Both the position numbers and the translations under genes were made by a program. Of a DNA stretch of 64,000 nucleotides, positions 13,826-25,780 are shown one piece after another (position 1 is the stretch's first letter; every line of letters begins with the position of its first letter). This DNA comes from Chiloscyllium plagiosum (Eukaryota), in the NCBI RefSeq assembly GCF_004010195.1, contig NC_057718.1, forward strand, positions 82,052,711-82,116,710, in the 5' to 3' direction. The notes below the pieces were generated by a model, which worked only from the letters and a program-made list of their open reading frames with translations, was not told where the DNA came from and made no database searches.

Positions 13826-14137
13826 CCTTTACAAAACTTCTATCAATCTCAGTCTTTTCCTCCTAAAATGACTTCACTCTAATGTTAAAGTCACACTCTT
13901 GGATCTGAATTTCCCCATCAATTCTATTGTACCCGTTTCCCAATTTAAAACCTCTTGCTTAGATCATCCTTCAACTTTCTAAATGCAAGGGAGAAGAAGC
14001 AAAATTTACAAAACAATAATTTGAACAGAAGTAAAATAGATTTATCCATTATTTCACGTTTTCTATTTCTTTCCACGTGCACTGAAATTGTTTTAGAATT
14101 TGGATGTTAATTTTTTTTTCTTGTTTCTATAAAACAG

Positions 14138-14260
14138 ACTCATTTTAATGGAGATTTCCCTCCACCATTACCAAGTCATGAAGGAAAGATGCTGGCATGT
14201 TCCAAGTGTGGCCGGATTAACAACACTGATGCACGATTCTGCGACTGGTGTGGAGCCAAG
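14138..14260 (+). CDS. DZANK1: DZANK1 zinc-ribbon exon THFNGDFPPPLPSHEGKMLACSKCGRINNTDARFCDWCGAK (GC donor)
   Basis: Acceptor ttgtttctataaaacag, 123 nt. Ends AAG|gcatgc; read-through hits TAA after three codons. Confidence 0.93.
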
Positions 14261-17200
14261 GCATGCAACTAAATAAAGCATTAAATAATGGAGTTAGATG
14301 TCAGAATTTTATCACACTTTTTGTCCTTGTCCAAATACCTTCATCTGGTTCAATACTAAAAGTTGTCTGATGATGAAGGTCATTTGGGATGATATTTCCC
14401 AAAGTAAACACACTCTAGAAATGCAGGTTGTTGAAATGTCAGGAGGTGAATTGAAAGGATTTCCTTCAGGAAGATAAAAGGAACATAGATTTGGAGGCAA
14501 TGTGGCAGATTATGTTGTAAAGAGCTCACATGCCCCTATCCACTCCCTCTAATTCTGCTGACTTCTTATTCTTAGCCTTGGTGCAAATTGAAGCTTGTCA
14601 TCTTCTCACAAAATTTATTCAGTAAGTCATTCTGCTGCATATGAGTGGGTACAACAATCTGAAATTTGAATTACTACATTACTGCATTTAGATCATCAGC
14701 GATACAGCTCAAAATTCCACTTGAAACAGCCCTGGGTCTCATCAAAGTTTTTACATCTAAAGTCCTATGGTATCACTGAAAGCCCCAATGTCATTTTAAC
14801 TCTCAAAGTATTCGGTGGCACTGGATTTGTATTGGCCAACATTTCGAGGCACTATTTGAAGCGGCGGTGCCTGCAAATACTCCGCATAATGGGAATTCAG
14901 TAACTTTCTTTTTTTTTTTGGAGACAGGATCAGCCATGTCATATTGTGGGATCTCGAGGAGCTGTGATTAGCCTCTGAGACCCACACATGAAGCGGTTCC
15001 CTTCTCCTGCCCAAGAGGTTTCTCGGCTCAAGATTTCTGGGGAGCATTGTGTCAAGAGGCAGTGCTTCTCTATGATACTGTCACAAAGCTGTGCAGTTAT
15101 TGTGGGTGTATTTACTTCACAAGGACTACAGAAAATCAAGAAGGCAGCTCATCACTGCTTTCTCCAGGATAAAAAGGGATGGGCAATAAATACAGCACTT
15201 GACAGCTGTGCTGACATCCCACAAACAATTTTATTAAAACACCAATGCCAGAGTTCAGCTGGAAAGGGCTATAGGTTTTTCTACTGATATAATTGACCCC
15301 TAAGCTGAGGCTGAGACTGATGGAATGTATAAAGCCTTCAGGAAACCTTTGAATCAGCTAGTATCCTTTATGGAAACAAAACATTTCTTCTTCCTTAACT
15401 TTCAACTGGCAAGTGCTTCTTGCCCTTTTTACTGCCGAGCAGTCATAGTGCCAACATAGTGTGCCAATCAGCATCACTTCCCACCACTCAATCAGCACAT
15501 TCAAAACTGGGTCCTTAGGTCAAAGACAATGTAGTTTACACCCAGCCAATGTTAGTACAATCCATCCCATTCCTCTATGTTAATGTGTTCCCGACCTGAA
15601 CTGAAAATATCTGACAGATTTTGGGCTTCAGATGTAAAAAGATCTTTTATTCTTCAGCTGTAAAATTCCTTACCTTTAATAAATGCAAAACAAGAGTTTA
15701 TCCCAAATCAAAAAATAAATTCCTCCAACTTCATTTATGAGAACATCATTCAGCCCTTTGATTCTACTCTATTATTTAATTAGATCATCAGCTGAGTTGT
15801 ACCTTCAAGTCCTTTTTCACTTGGTGACTTTACAAATCTTTTATCAATCTCAGCCTTAAACTCCAATTGTCCTAACATTCACACTATATTAGGCAGGAGA
15901 ACTCCACATTTCTGTTGTCATTTGCCTGAAAAGGTTTTCTAATTTCTTTCTTAAATGGCTTTGCTGTAATGTTAAAGTTATGTTCTCTTGGGTCTGAATT
16001 TTCCCAGCAGAGGAAGTAGCATTTCTGCATCAACCTTATTGTACCCTTTTCTCAATTTAAAACACCTTATTTAGATTATCCTTCAATTTTTTAATGCAAG
16101 GAAGAAGAAGTTAAATTTAAAGAGTTCTTCTCAAATTTCAACTGGCGAGTGCTTCTTACCCTCTTTACTGGCAAGTAGTCATGGCACTAACATGCTGTGC
16201 GAATTAACATGGCCTCCCACCACAACCTTTTAGCTCAGTGCATCCAAAGCTGGGTCCTTAGGTCAAAGTCAGTGTAGTTTACACCTGCCCCATGTTAGCA
16301 CAATCCACACCACTTTCACCAGCTGAACAGATACAACCTGAATGGCAGGATCACTGGAGCTATGACAGAACACACTAATGGACAGCTCAAGCAAGGCTTA
16401 CACAACCTGGAGTGCATGAGAGTGACTGCTGTATGGCCTCCTGAGAGTCTGGCCGCAGGTGTTCTTACAAATTGACACTGCAACTTGGTAAAATACTGTT
16501 TGCTGATGTCTGATATTGGAACATAATATAAGCCAGAAATCCAAGCTTTCATGCTCTCAGATGTATTTTCATTCCTACTATGTGGTTCCATGGTGTGGAA
16601 AGTTGCAGGTTTTCTTTGTGGATTGGACTTCCAGTATTGCCCTCTGTGATCTCCTTGACGTAGCTTGGAGCCAAGCTTTCTCCTTTGCTGTCCTTTTTCA
16701 GTTTTGTGTTCTGTGATTCATTGGGCACAGATCCCTCTTAAATTGCTTTATATTTATGTGTTGGTGCTTCTTCAAGTCAACTGTCACTTCTCCAAGTCCT
16801 ATTCTGCGGACTCCAGGTCAATAGGCATATCTAGAAATCAGAGAGTGCAACAAGAGTTAACGTGGCATGGATGGAAGTAGATGATTGATGATGTTATGGA
16901 ATTCTAGATTGCTGCACTGCCTGATTATGGAATTGTTTCCAGAAAGCGAAAAGGCAAAACTAATAGCCAAGACACCTTGCTAAGTGTAGCCTATAGACTT
17001 ATTGCCATTGATACTCCATTAGACAGCCCAGCCACTGCTTGAAGACTGCAACAGTAAAATGTTTCCTATCGAGTTTCATGTGAAGTGCTTTATGAACATT
17101 TTCCAGATGTATTTATAAGCTATTTTTTTAAATATTTCTTAATACTATATCCTTTCTGATTCTTGCTCATTTCCCTGTTGCAGAAGTTGATTCCTTGGTC

Positions 17201-17303
17201 AGAGAAGCTTAACCAAGATGCTTGGATGAAGCGTTACTTCAAATAGACTTGGGCAAATAAGCTACAAATGTGTTGGATTATCCAAACACATTCTCATGAT
17301 TTA

Positions 17304-17472
17304 TGATTTGGAGATGCCGGTGTTGGACTGGGGTGTACAAAGTTAAAAATCACACAACACCAGGTTATAGTCCAACATGTTTAATTGGAAGCACACTAGC
17401 TTTCGGAGCAATGCTAGTGTGCTTCCAGTTAAACCTGTTGGACTATAACCTGGTGTTGTGTGATTTTTAACT
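17304..17472. mobile_element. Short PLE-derived fold-back element (60-bp arms)
   Basis: 17341-17400 is the reverse complement of 17413-17472 (2 mismatches). Flanked by ctcatgattta / ctcctgattta. Same termini as the GIY-YIG-bearing element at 28771-31062. Confidence 0.9.
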
Positions 17473-17948
17473 CTCCTGATTTAGGCAATCTTAAAAAAAA
17501 AACTAGAAAGTGCTGGTCACTATCAGCAGTTCAATCAACATCTGTGGAGGGAGCCGCTTGCGAGCTTCAGTTCAGCATGATTGCTGGTGCTTATGCTGCA
17601 GAAACTCAATGTCCCAAATATTGATCAGAATGGTTCCAATCCAGGTGATATGCTGCAGCAGTAAGAGCACTCATGCTTGTGTGCAATTAGTACCATGACT
17701 ACACTCCCTGGTTGCTGTAAAAGATCTTAAAAAAAAAAGGACATTTCCAGATTTTCTGGTCAACATTAATCTTTCAAGTACCACTATCCCATTTTTTTAA
17801 AAAATGCTGTGTGCAAATTAGCTGCAATGTTTCCTACATTGTAATATTGACTGCAACTCTCAAACTGTTTCTTTGAATGTGAAGTGATTTGAGATGTTAT
17901 GAGAACATGAAAAAGACTAAATAAATGCTCCTTCTTATTTTGTTATAG

Positions 17949-18113
17949 CCTGGTCCTCCCATGAGCTACCTCAGCTGCTCAAAGTGTGGAGCAACTAACC
18001 ATCCATATGCTCGTTTCTGTGGAAGCTGCGGCCTTTACCTGGAACCCCCTGTGCGGATGGATTCACACAACAGTACACTTCTTGGTTCTGGCCAATCCAC
18101 AGTTCTGGCGGAG
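17949..18113 (+). CDS. DZANK1: DZANK1 zinc-ribbon exon PGPPMSYLSCSKCGATNHPYARFCGSCGLYLEPPVRMDSHNSTLLGSGQSTVLAE
   Basis: Acceptor ttattttgttatag, donor GAG|gtaggt, 165 nt. Confidence 0.96.
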
Positions 18114-18379
18114 GTAGGTCCTATTAAATAATCCTCATCATCAGCACTGACCAAATTCCTGCGTTTCTTTCTAGCACATTTGAAGCCCAAAACTAACTGC
18201 ATCCCCATATCGATGTCACTCAGGATCGATAGCCCTGCAGAATTGTTTTGTAGTCTTCAAGAATTAAGCTTTAACCCCCAGACCAGTTCTGAAAGCAATC
18301 AGAAAGAAAATGAATGTATTATGTAGTGTTCTTCTCATTATCTTTGAACCCTCTCATTTATAACAAGCTGAACATGAAA

Positions 18380-20235
18380 AGTTCAAAAGGGAAGGAAACA
18401 AAGAGACTATGAGAAGGAACTGGCAGCTAACATAAAAAGGCAATTCAGAAGTCAACTATAGGTATTTCAAAAAAGTAGAGAAGGGAGTAGGGTTGATTAG
18501 ATATTAAAGAGGGATATGGGCATGGAGGCGGCGGGCATGATTGAAACAATAAATGAGTATTTTGCAACAAAACCAAAAAAAAGCTGGAGAAATCCAACAG
18601 GTATGGCTGCTTCTTTAGAGAGAATGACCTGGACTACATCTCCTCCCACCCAGTATCCCACAAGAACTCCATCCTGTTCTCCCAATTCCTCCGCTTCCGT
18701 GTCATCTACTCGGACAAGGAGACATTCCATTCCTAAGCATCCCAGATGTCCACCTATTTCAAACAATGTGCTTTTCTTCCCTCTGTCATTCAGACAACCC
18801 TCCACTGCGCCACCTCCATACCCCGTTCCACTGCTCTAAACCCCCCCATGCAATTAAAACATTGTCCTTGCCTACCAGCCCACTTTTCTCTGTGTCCGAT
18901 GCATCATCCTTAAACACTTCCACCAACTCCAACTAGACACTACCACCAAGAGCATCTTCCCCTCCCCACCCTTCTCTGCCTTCCACAAGGACCATTTCCT
19001 TCACCAGTCCTTGGTTTGCGCCACTCTCCCCACCAACACCTCTGAACCCCCAAGTAGCTTCCCCTGCAACAGGAAAAGGTGCAAGACATGCTGGCACACC
19101 ACCCCCCTCATCCCCACCCAGAAGCCTAAACAGTCCTTCTCGAAGATACAGAGATTCATCTGCCCCTTTTCCAACTTAGTTTACTGCATCAGGTGCTCCC
19201 AATGTGGTCTTCTTGACATCAGGGAGACCAAATGTTAACTTAGGGAATGGTTCACTGAGCATCTCAGCCAGCCCCACAGGGGCTGACCGGACTCCCAGTC
19301 GTCATCCATTTTACTTCCCATTCCCATTCCCTTTCCAACATTACCATCCTTGGCCTCCTCCATTGCCACAACAAATCAAACCGCAAATTGGAGGAATAAC
19401 ACCTCATCTTCCACCTGGGCAGCCTACAGCCCAGAAGGGTCAACACTGAGTTCTCCAATTTTAAATATCCCCCCTTCCCTGCCCCCCCGGCTCCTCCCAG
19501 CCACCTTCCAGATTCATTCCTTCCATTGACCAACAAGGTCATACCCTCTACCTATCTTCTTCACCTAACACCACTTCACCACCCTGCCCTGCAAACCCTT
19601 TTGTCTGCAGCTCCCCTTATATCCACCCCTAGACCTGAAGAAGGGTTAAATCCGAAATGTCGATTTCTCCACATCCTGATGCTACTTGCCTTGCTGTGTT
19701 CTTCCAGCCTCTTGCTTGTCTATCTTGGATTCCAGCATCTGCAGGTTTTTTTTCTCTCTTTAGAGAGAAAGCAGAGTCAACATTTTGGGTCCAGTGACTC
19801 TTCTTCAGAATGCATTCTGAAAGAGTGTCACTGGACCTGCAACATTGACTTTGTTTTCTCTCCACAGATGCTGCCAGAGCTGCTGAATTTCTCCAGCTAT
19901 TTCTGGTTTTATTTCAGTTTTTTTTAGCATCTGCAGTTCTTTTATTTTGTTTGATAAGTACGTTGCATCTGTCTTTGCCAAAGGAGAAGATCCTGTCAAA
20001 CTCATAATGGAAGAGGAGGTCGTTGAGATATTGGATGAATTAAAAATTGATAAAAAGGAGATGTTAGACTGGTTGTATGTAAAGTTGGTAAGACACTTGG
20101 ACTGGACCCAGGTGCATTCAAGGATATTGAGAGAAGTAAAGGTGGAAATTGCAGACGCATTGGCCATCACCTTCCAATCATTTTGATGCAGGAGTGGTAC
20201 CAAAGTATTAGAGAATTGCAAATGCTACATTCTTC
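18380..20235 (+). mobile_element. CR1 ORF2 fragment (18380-18566 and 19950-20235) interrupted by PLE insertions
   Basis: ...MIETINEYFA continues as KYVASVFAKGED...VHSRILREVKVEIADALAITFQS after the insert. Confidence 0.75.
18625..19756 (+). mobile_element. Penelope-like element 3' portion (RT C-terminus and GIY-YIG endonuclease), decayed
   Basis: SFPCNRKRCKTC..., NLVYCIRCSQCGLL.I.ETK. 13-bp TSD tctttagagagaa at 18612-18624 and 19757-19769. Confidence 0.88.
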
Positions 20236-20480
20236 TTGAAAAGAAGTTGGAAGATGATTTGCAGACATTTAATCCCCTGTCCAGGTGACATTGTCAGTGC
20301 TTAGGAGCATCCTGTGAAGCACTGCTGTACTATGTCCTCTGGAATTTATTTGGTTCCGTTCCTGCTGCTTCAGGTTACCAGTTCCGGTCAGTCGTTGCAG
20401 TGGTCAGTATGTCGGGTCTAGATCAATGTGTATTTGATGGAGTCCATGGATGAGTGCCATGCTTCTAGAAATTATCTGGC

Positions 20481-21031
20481 TAGCGAGTTTTGAGAAGATT
20501 TGCAGCTCAGGTTGAGGTTCTGGATGTAGGTGTGCTCGCTGAGCTGGAAGGTTCGTTTTCAGACATTTTGTCACTATACTAGGTAACATCTTCAGTGAGC
20601 CTCCGGATGAAGTACTGGTAGTGTAGCCCACTTACTGCTAGTGTAGCCCCTAATGTGTTTGGGTTTCCTTGGGTCGAAGATGTTATTTCCTGTGGTGACG
20701 TCATTTCCTATGGTGATGTCATTACCTGTTTTTCTCAGGGGGTGGTAAGTGGGATCCAAGTCAATGTGTTTTTGATAGAGTTCAGATTGGAATGCCATGC
20801 TTCTAGGAATTCTCATCCGTGTCTCTGTTTGGCTGGTCCTAGGATGGATGTGTTGTCCCAGTTGAAGTGGAGTCCTTCTTCATCCGTATGTAAGGATACG
20901 AGTGAAAGTGGGTCATGTCTTTTTGTGGCTAGTTGATGTTCATGTATCCTGGTGGCTAATATTCAGCCTGTTTGTCCAATATAAAAATGCCTGAAAAGAA
21001 CCTTGCAGCTCAGTGAGCAACCCTGCATCCA
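20481..21031 (-). mobile_element. Second PLE 3' fragment nested in the element above, with short inverted end
   Basis: 21006-21031 is an inverted copy of 20520-20546. Degenerate TSD aaattatctggct / gaattctctcgct. Decayed hammerhead motif at 20559-20598 (-). Confidence 0.7.
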
Positions 21032-21868
21032 GAATTCTCTCGCTGTCCTCTGTTTAGCTTATCCTAATACTGTTGTGTTGTCTCAGTCAAATTTGTAATC
21101 CTTGTCATCTATGTGTGTGGCTACTAGGGACATCTGGTCATGGCGTTTAGTGGCTAGTTGGTGTGCATGGATGAGGATTGCTAGTTGTCTGCCTGTTTGT
21201 CCTATATGGTGTTTTATGCAGTCTTTGCATGGAATCTAGTAAATTACGTTGGTCTTGCACATGATACGTATTGAGTCTTTTGTTCTTGTTAGTTATTGTC
21301 TGAGCGTGTCTGCCGGTTTATAGGCTGTCATGAATCCGAGTAATTGGAGATGTCTGGCTGTTAGTTCTGCCATTTTTGTTTATGTAAGGTAGTGTGGCTA
21401 GTATATTGGGTCGTGGTATGTCCTCGTTGTGTTGTTTATCTGCTAGGTATCTGCAGTTGAAGTTGTGGGGATATGTGTTCTTGGCAAAGACTTTTTAAAG
21501 GTGTTCTTTTTCTTTATGCAGGGTCCTAATGCAATTTTTCTTGTGTGTATTTGTGTGGTTGCTGTTGTAGTTCAGGATCTGGTCCGTGTGTGTGGCTTTT
21601 CTGTTCGACTTTTGTTGTGCACTCACCGTTCTGTGTTCTTTCTAACATCACATTCAGGAATGGGAGTTAGTTGTTGGTTACCACCTCTCTCATAAACTTG
21701 TTCCCGGTGAGCAGTGTTGATAATCCAGTTTGTGTTCTCAATCTCTGTTCTCTTAATTATTACAAATATGTTGTCAACATATCTGATCCAGAGCTTGGGT
21801 CGGATTTGTGGGAGGGCTGTTGGTTCCAGTTCTTGCATCACTGCTTCTGCTATGAGCCTGGAGATGGG

Positions 21869-22450
21869 TGTTATGGACCAGGCCAGACCCCTCAAAACAT
21901 TTCAAGAAGGTAGCTCAGACCCTAATTTTGCTATTTGACTTAAGCAGGTGTACAGTGGATATTCCATGAAAGAATCAGCTGGTCAAACCATTTAGTTTTA
22001 AACAAAACAGAATCAATTTACACGGTTGCGGAATGAAACACAAAGAACCAAACGCAGAATACCGAATAACTTATCTTATCTGCAAACCCAACAGACTATC
22101 CCAACTTAATGATGCTGTTCCAAAATACTTCAACAATCCCTATTAACGCCAGTTCTTACAGGGGGAGAGAGAGAGAGAGACCCGCAGCCTCTCATCACAT
22201 ACACGCGCACACCCTCTGCTGCTTTACAACCAAACCAGAGAACAGCTCAGCTAGGCAAACTGGCCACTCCTCTTTCATTATACAAGTGTATTTATTAAAC
22301 ATAAAAGCTTTCTGCCTGAGGCAGTATCTGTTAGTTGTCAACGAATTGCCCTAAAATCCATCCAATCACAGATTTTTCAGAACATGTCATTTATCACCTC
22401 TCTGGAAAAAAATTGCCAAGGACAACATAACCTTGTTAAAAGAGCCTACG
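21869..22450 (-). mobile_element. Solo Gypsy LTR, related to the LTR at 8353-8966
   Basis: The reverse complement of 21869-21925 (tagggtctgagctaccttcttgaaatgttttgaggggtctggcctggtccataaca) aligns with 8912-8966. Interrupts the PLE RT motif GxPMGSP. Confidence 0.75.
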
Positions 22451-22758
22451 TGAACTCATAGGCATCCATTAATCTGTTCATACATGTGGCTGTTTAATGT
22501 GAACTGTGTCGTCAAGCACAGGTCTACTAGAATGCTGTCGTTGTTGATAGGTTCCCCGTCGTGTTGTCTGTTCTGTTTGTCCAGGAGGTTGGCTGTTGTC
22601 TCTTTGGCTAGGGTTTTGTCAATTGAGGTAAATAGTACCGTTACATCGAATGACACCATTGCTTCGTCCTTGTCTATGGTTTTGTTCTTGATGTTGTCTA
22701 GGAATTCCTGTGATGATTGTTTGGAGTGTTTCATCCGCTGATAAGATGTTTCAGTTTT

Positions 22759-24946
22759 TAGAGTCATAGAGATGTACAGCATGGAAACAGACCCTGCGGT
22801 CCAACCATCCATGCCAACCAGATATCCCAACCCAATCTAGTCCCACCTGCCAGCACCCGGCCCATATCCCACCAAACCTTTCAAATTCATATACCCATCC
22901 AAATGCCTCTTAAATGTTGCAATTGTACCAACCTCCACCACATCCTCTGGCAACTCATTCCATACACGTACTACCCTCTGCGTGAAAAAGTTGCCCCTTA
23001 GATCTCTCTTATATCTTTCCACTCTCACCCTAAACCTGTGCCCTCTAGTTCTGGACTCCCCGACCCCAGGGAAAAAGACTTTGTCTATTTATCCTATCCA
23101 TGCCCCTCAATTTTGTACACCTCTATAAGGTCACCCCTCAGCCTCCGACGCTCAAGGGAAAAACAGCCCCAGCCTGTTCAGCCTCTCCTTGTAGCTCAGA
23201 TACTCCAACCCTGGTAACATCCTTATATCTTTTCTGAACCCTTTCAAGTTTCACAACATCTTTCCGATAGGAAGGAGACCAGAATTGCACGCAATATTCC
23301 TACAGTGGCCTAACCAATGTCCTGTACAGCCGCAACATGACCTCCCAACTCCTGTACTCAATACTCTGACCAATAAAGGAAAGCATACCAAATACTGCCT
23401 TCACTATCGTATCTACCTTTGACTCCACTTTTCAAGGATCTATGAACCTGCACTCCAAGGTGTCTTTGTTCAGCAACACTCTCTAGGACCTTACCATTAA
23501 GTGCATAAGTCCTGCTAAGATTTGCTTTCCCAAAATGCAGTGCCTTGCGTTTCTCTCAATTAAACTCCATCTGCCACTTCTCAGCCCATTGGCCCATCTG
23601 GTCAAGATCCCGTTGTAATCTGAGGTAACCCTCTTCGCTGTCCACTACACCTCCAATTTTGGTGTCATCTGCAAACTTACTAACTGTACCTCTTATGCTC
23701 GCATCCAAATCATTTACGTAAATGACAAAACGTAGAGGGCGCAGCACCAAAACTTGTGGCACTCCACTGGTCACAGGCCTCCAGTCTGAAAACCAACCCT
23801 CCACCACCACCCTCTGTCTTCTACCTTTGAGCCAGTTCTGTATCCAAATGGNNNNNNNNNNNNNNNNNNNNNNNNNNNNNNNNNNNNNNNNNNNNNNNNN
23901 NNNNNNNNNNNNNNNNNNNNNNNNNNNNNNNNNNNNNNNNNNNNNNNNNNNNNNNNNNNNNNNNNNNNNNNNNNNNNNNNNNNNNNNNNNNNNNNNNNNN
24001 NNNNNNNNNNNNNNNNNNNNNNNNNNNNNNNNNNNNNNNNNNNNNNNNNNNNNNNNNNNNNNNNNNNNNNNNNNNNNNNNNNNNNNNNNNNNNNNNNNNN
24101 NNNNNNNNNNNNNNNNNNNNNNNNNNNNNNNNNNNNNNNNNNNNNNNNNNNNNNNNNNNNNNNNNNNNNNNNNNNNNNNNNNNNNNNNNNNNNNNNNNNN
24201 NNNNNNNNNNNNNNNNNNNNNNNNNNNNNNNNNNNNNNNNNNNNNNNNNNNNNNNNNNNNNNNNNNNNNNNNNNNNNNNNNNNNNNNNNNNNNNNNNNNN
24301 NNNNNNNNNNNNNNNNNNNNNNNNNNNNNNNNNNNNNNNNNNNNTATCTGACATATGCTTCCTTCTTTTTCTTTAACCAAACCCTCAATTTCTTTAGTCA
24401 TCCAGCATTCCCTATACCTACCAGCCTTCCCTTTCACCCTGACAGGAATATACTTTCTCTGGATTCTTGTTATCTCATTTCTGAAGGCTTCCCATTTTCC
24501 AGCCGTCCCTTTACCTGTGAACATCTGCCTCCAATCAGCTTTTGAAAGTTCTTGCCTAATACCGTCAAAATTGGCCTTTCTCCAATTTAGACCTTCAAAT
24601 TTTAAATCTGGGGTCTATTCTTTTCCATCACTATTTTAAAACGGATAGAATTATGGTCGCTGGCCCCAAAGTGCTCCCCCACTGACACCTCAGTCACTTA
24701 CCCTGCCTTATTTCCCAAGAGTAGGTCTAGTTTTGCAACTTCTCTAATAGGTACATCCACATACTGAATCAGAAAATTGTCTTGTACACACTTAAGAAAT
24801 TCCTCTCCATCTAAACCTTTAACACTATGGCAGTCCCAAGTCTGTTTGGAAAGTTAAAATCCCCTACCATAACTACCCTATTATTCTTACAGATAGCTGA
24901 GTTCTCCTTGCAAGTTTGTTTCTCAATTTCCCTCTGACTATTGGGT
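22759..24946 (-). mobile_element. Young CR1 LINE (endonuclease end to 3' UTR) spanning the assembly gap
   Basis: MVGDFNFP, WIQNWLKGRRQRVVVEG, SGVPQ, SKFADDTKIGG, FFTQRVVRVWNELP; (CTATGACT)-type tail. Confidence 0.93.
23852..24345. other. Assembly gap (494 N)
   Basis: Run of N. Confidence 0.99.
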
Positions 24947-25299
24947 TCATTTGCCAGTTTATGCCATGGAATTCTTGGAAGTACCACAATAGGTCGAAGT
25001 GGTATGTCAGTGTACCTTAGGTAATCCATAAAATCTTAGGATGTTGTTGCCTTCTGGCATCATCTTTTGTGGGTCTGTCCAGGTTATCAGTCTGTGTTTT
25101 TTGTAGGTTCTGTAGTGTGCTGTTTATTCTATTGGTTACCTGGGGCATGTGGTCATACTCCCTCTATAGGTTGGTGTCGGTATCTGCAAGTAATTTCTCT
25201 GCTTTTTGAATGTATTCAATCTTGCCCATAATAGCCGTTATTCTGCCTTTACCTGCTGGTAGTAGGATTATGTTCTTATCCTTTTTGAGTGTTTTTAGA

Positions 25300-25780
25300 A
25301 CATATTGGTCACGTATCTCCAGTCAGAAAAATACCATTCCACCACTACTATCTGTCTTCTATGACTAAGCCAGTTCTGTATCCATCTTACCAACTCACCG
25401 CAGATCCCATATGGCTTCATCTTGCCATGAGGGATCAACCTGCCATGAGGGATCATGTCAAAGGCCTTTCTAAAATCCTTAACGACAATATCTACTACCC
25501 TGCTCTCATCAATCATCTATGTCAGTTTCTCAAAAAAAATCTGTCAAGTTTGTGGGACTATCATTGATAAGTCCAAATATTTCCAAATGTCAGTAAATCC
25601 TATGCCTAAGAATCTTCTCCAATAATTTCTCTACCACGGATGTAAGGCTCACCAGTCTGTAATTTCCTGGAATATCCCTGTTGCCCCTTTTAAACAAAGG
25701 AACAACATTGGCTATTCTCAAGTCCTTTGGGACCTTTCTTGTGACTAAAGAGGATATAAAGACAAGGTAACAGAGAAGGT
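25300..25780 (-). mobile_element. CR1 RT fragment
   Basis: ANVVPLFKRGNRDIPGNYRLVSLTSVV, DFRKAFDMIPHGRL. Confidence 0.88.

Larger units (their letters stand above)
20290..25295 (-). mobile_element. Penelope/Poseidon-like element, decayed, with nested PLE, solo LTR and CR1
   Basis: DIPLRPIV, MVSFDVTVLFTSI, SPISRLIAEAVMQ..WIRYVDNIF (RT); KTNVIY*IPCKDC..HIGQTGRQL (GIY-YIG, ~21170-21260). Confidence 0.88.

Noticed and set aside
23556..24524. Long ORFs of 177-322 aa
   Set aside because: Artefacts of the N run inside a CR1 element.
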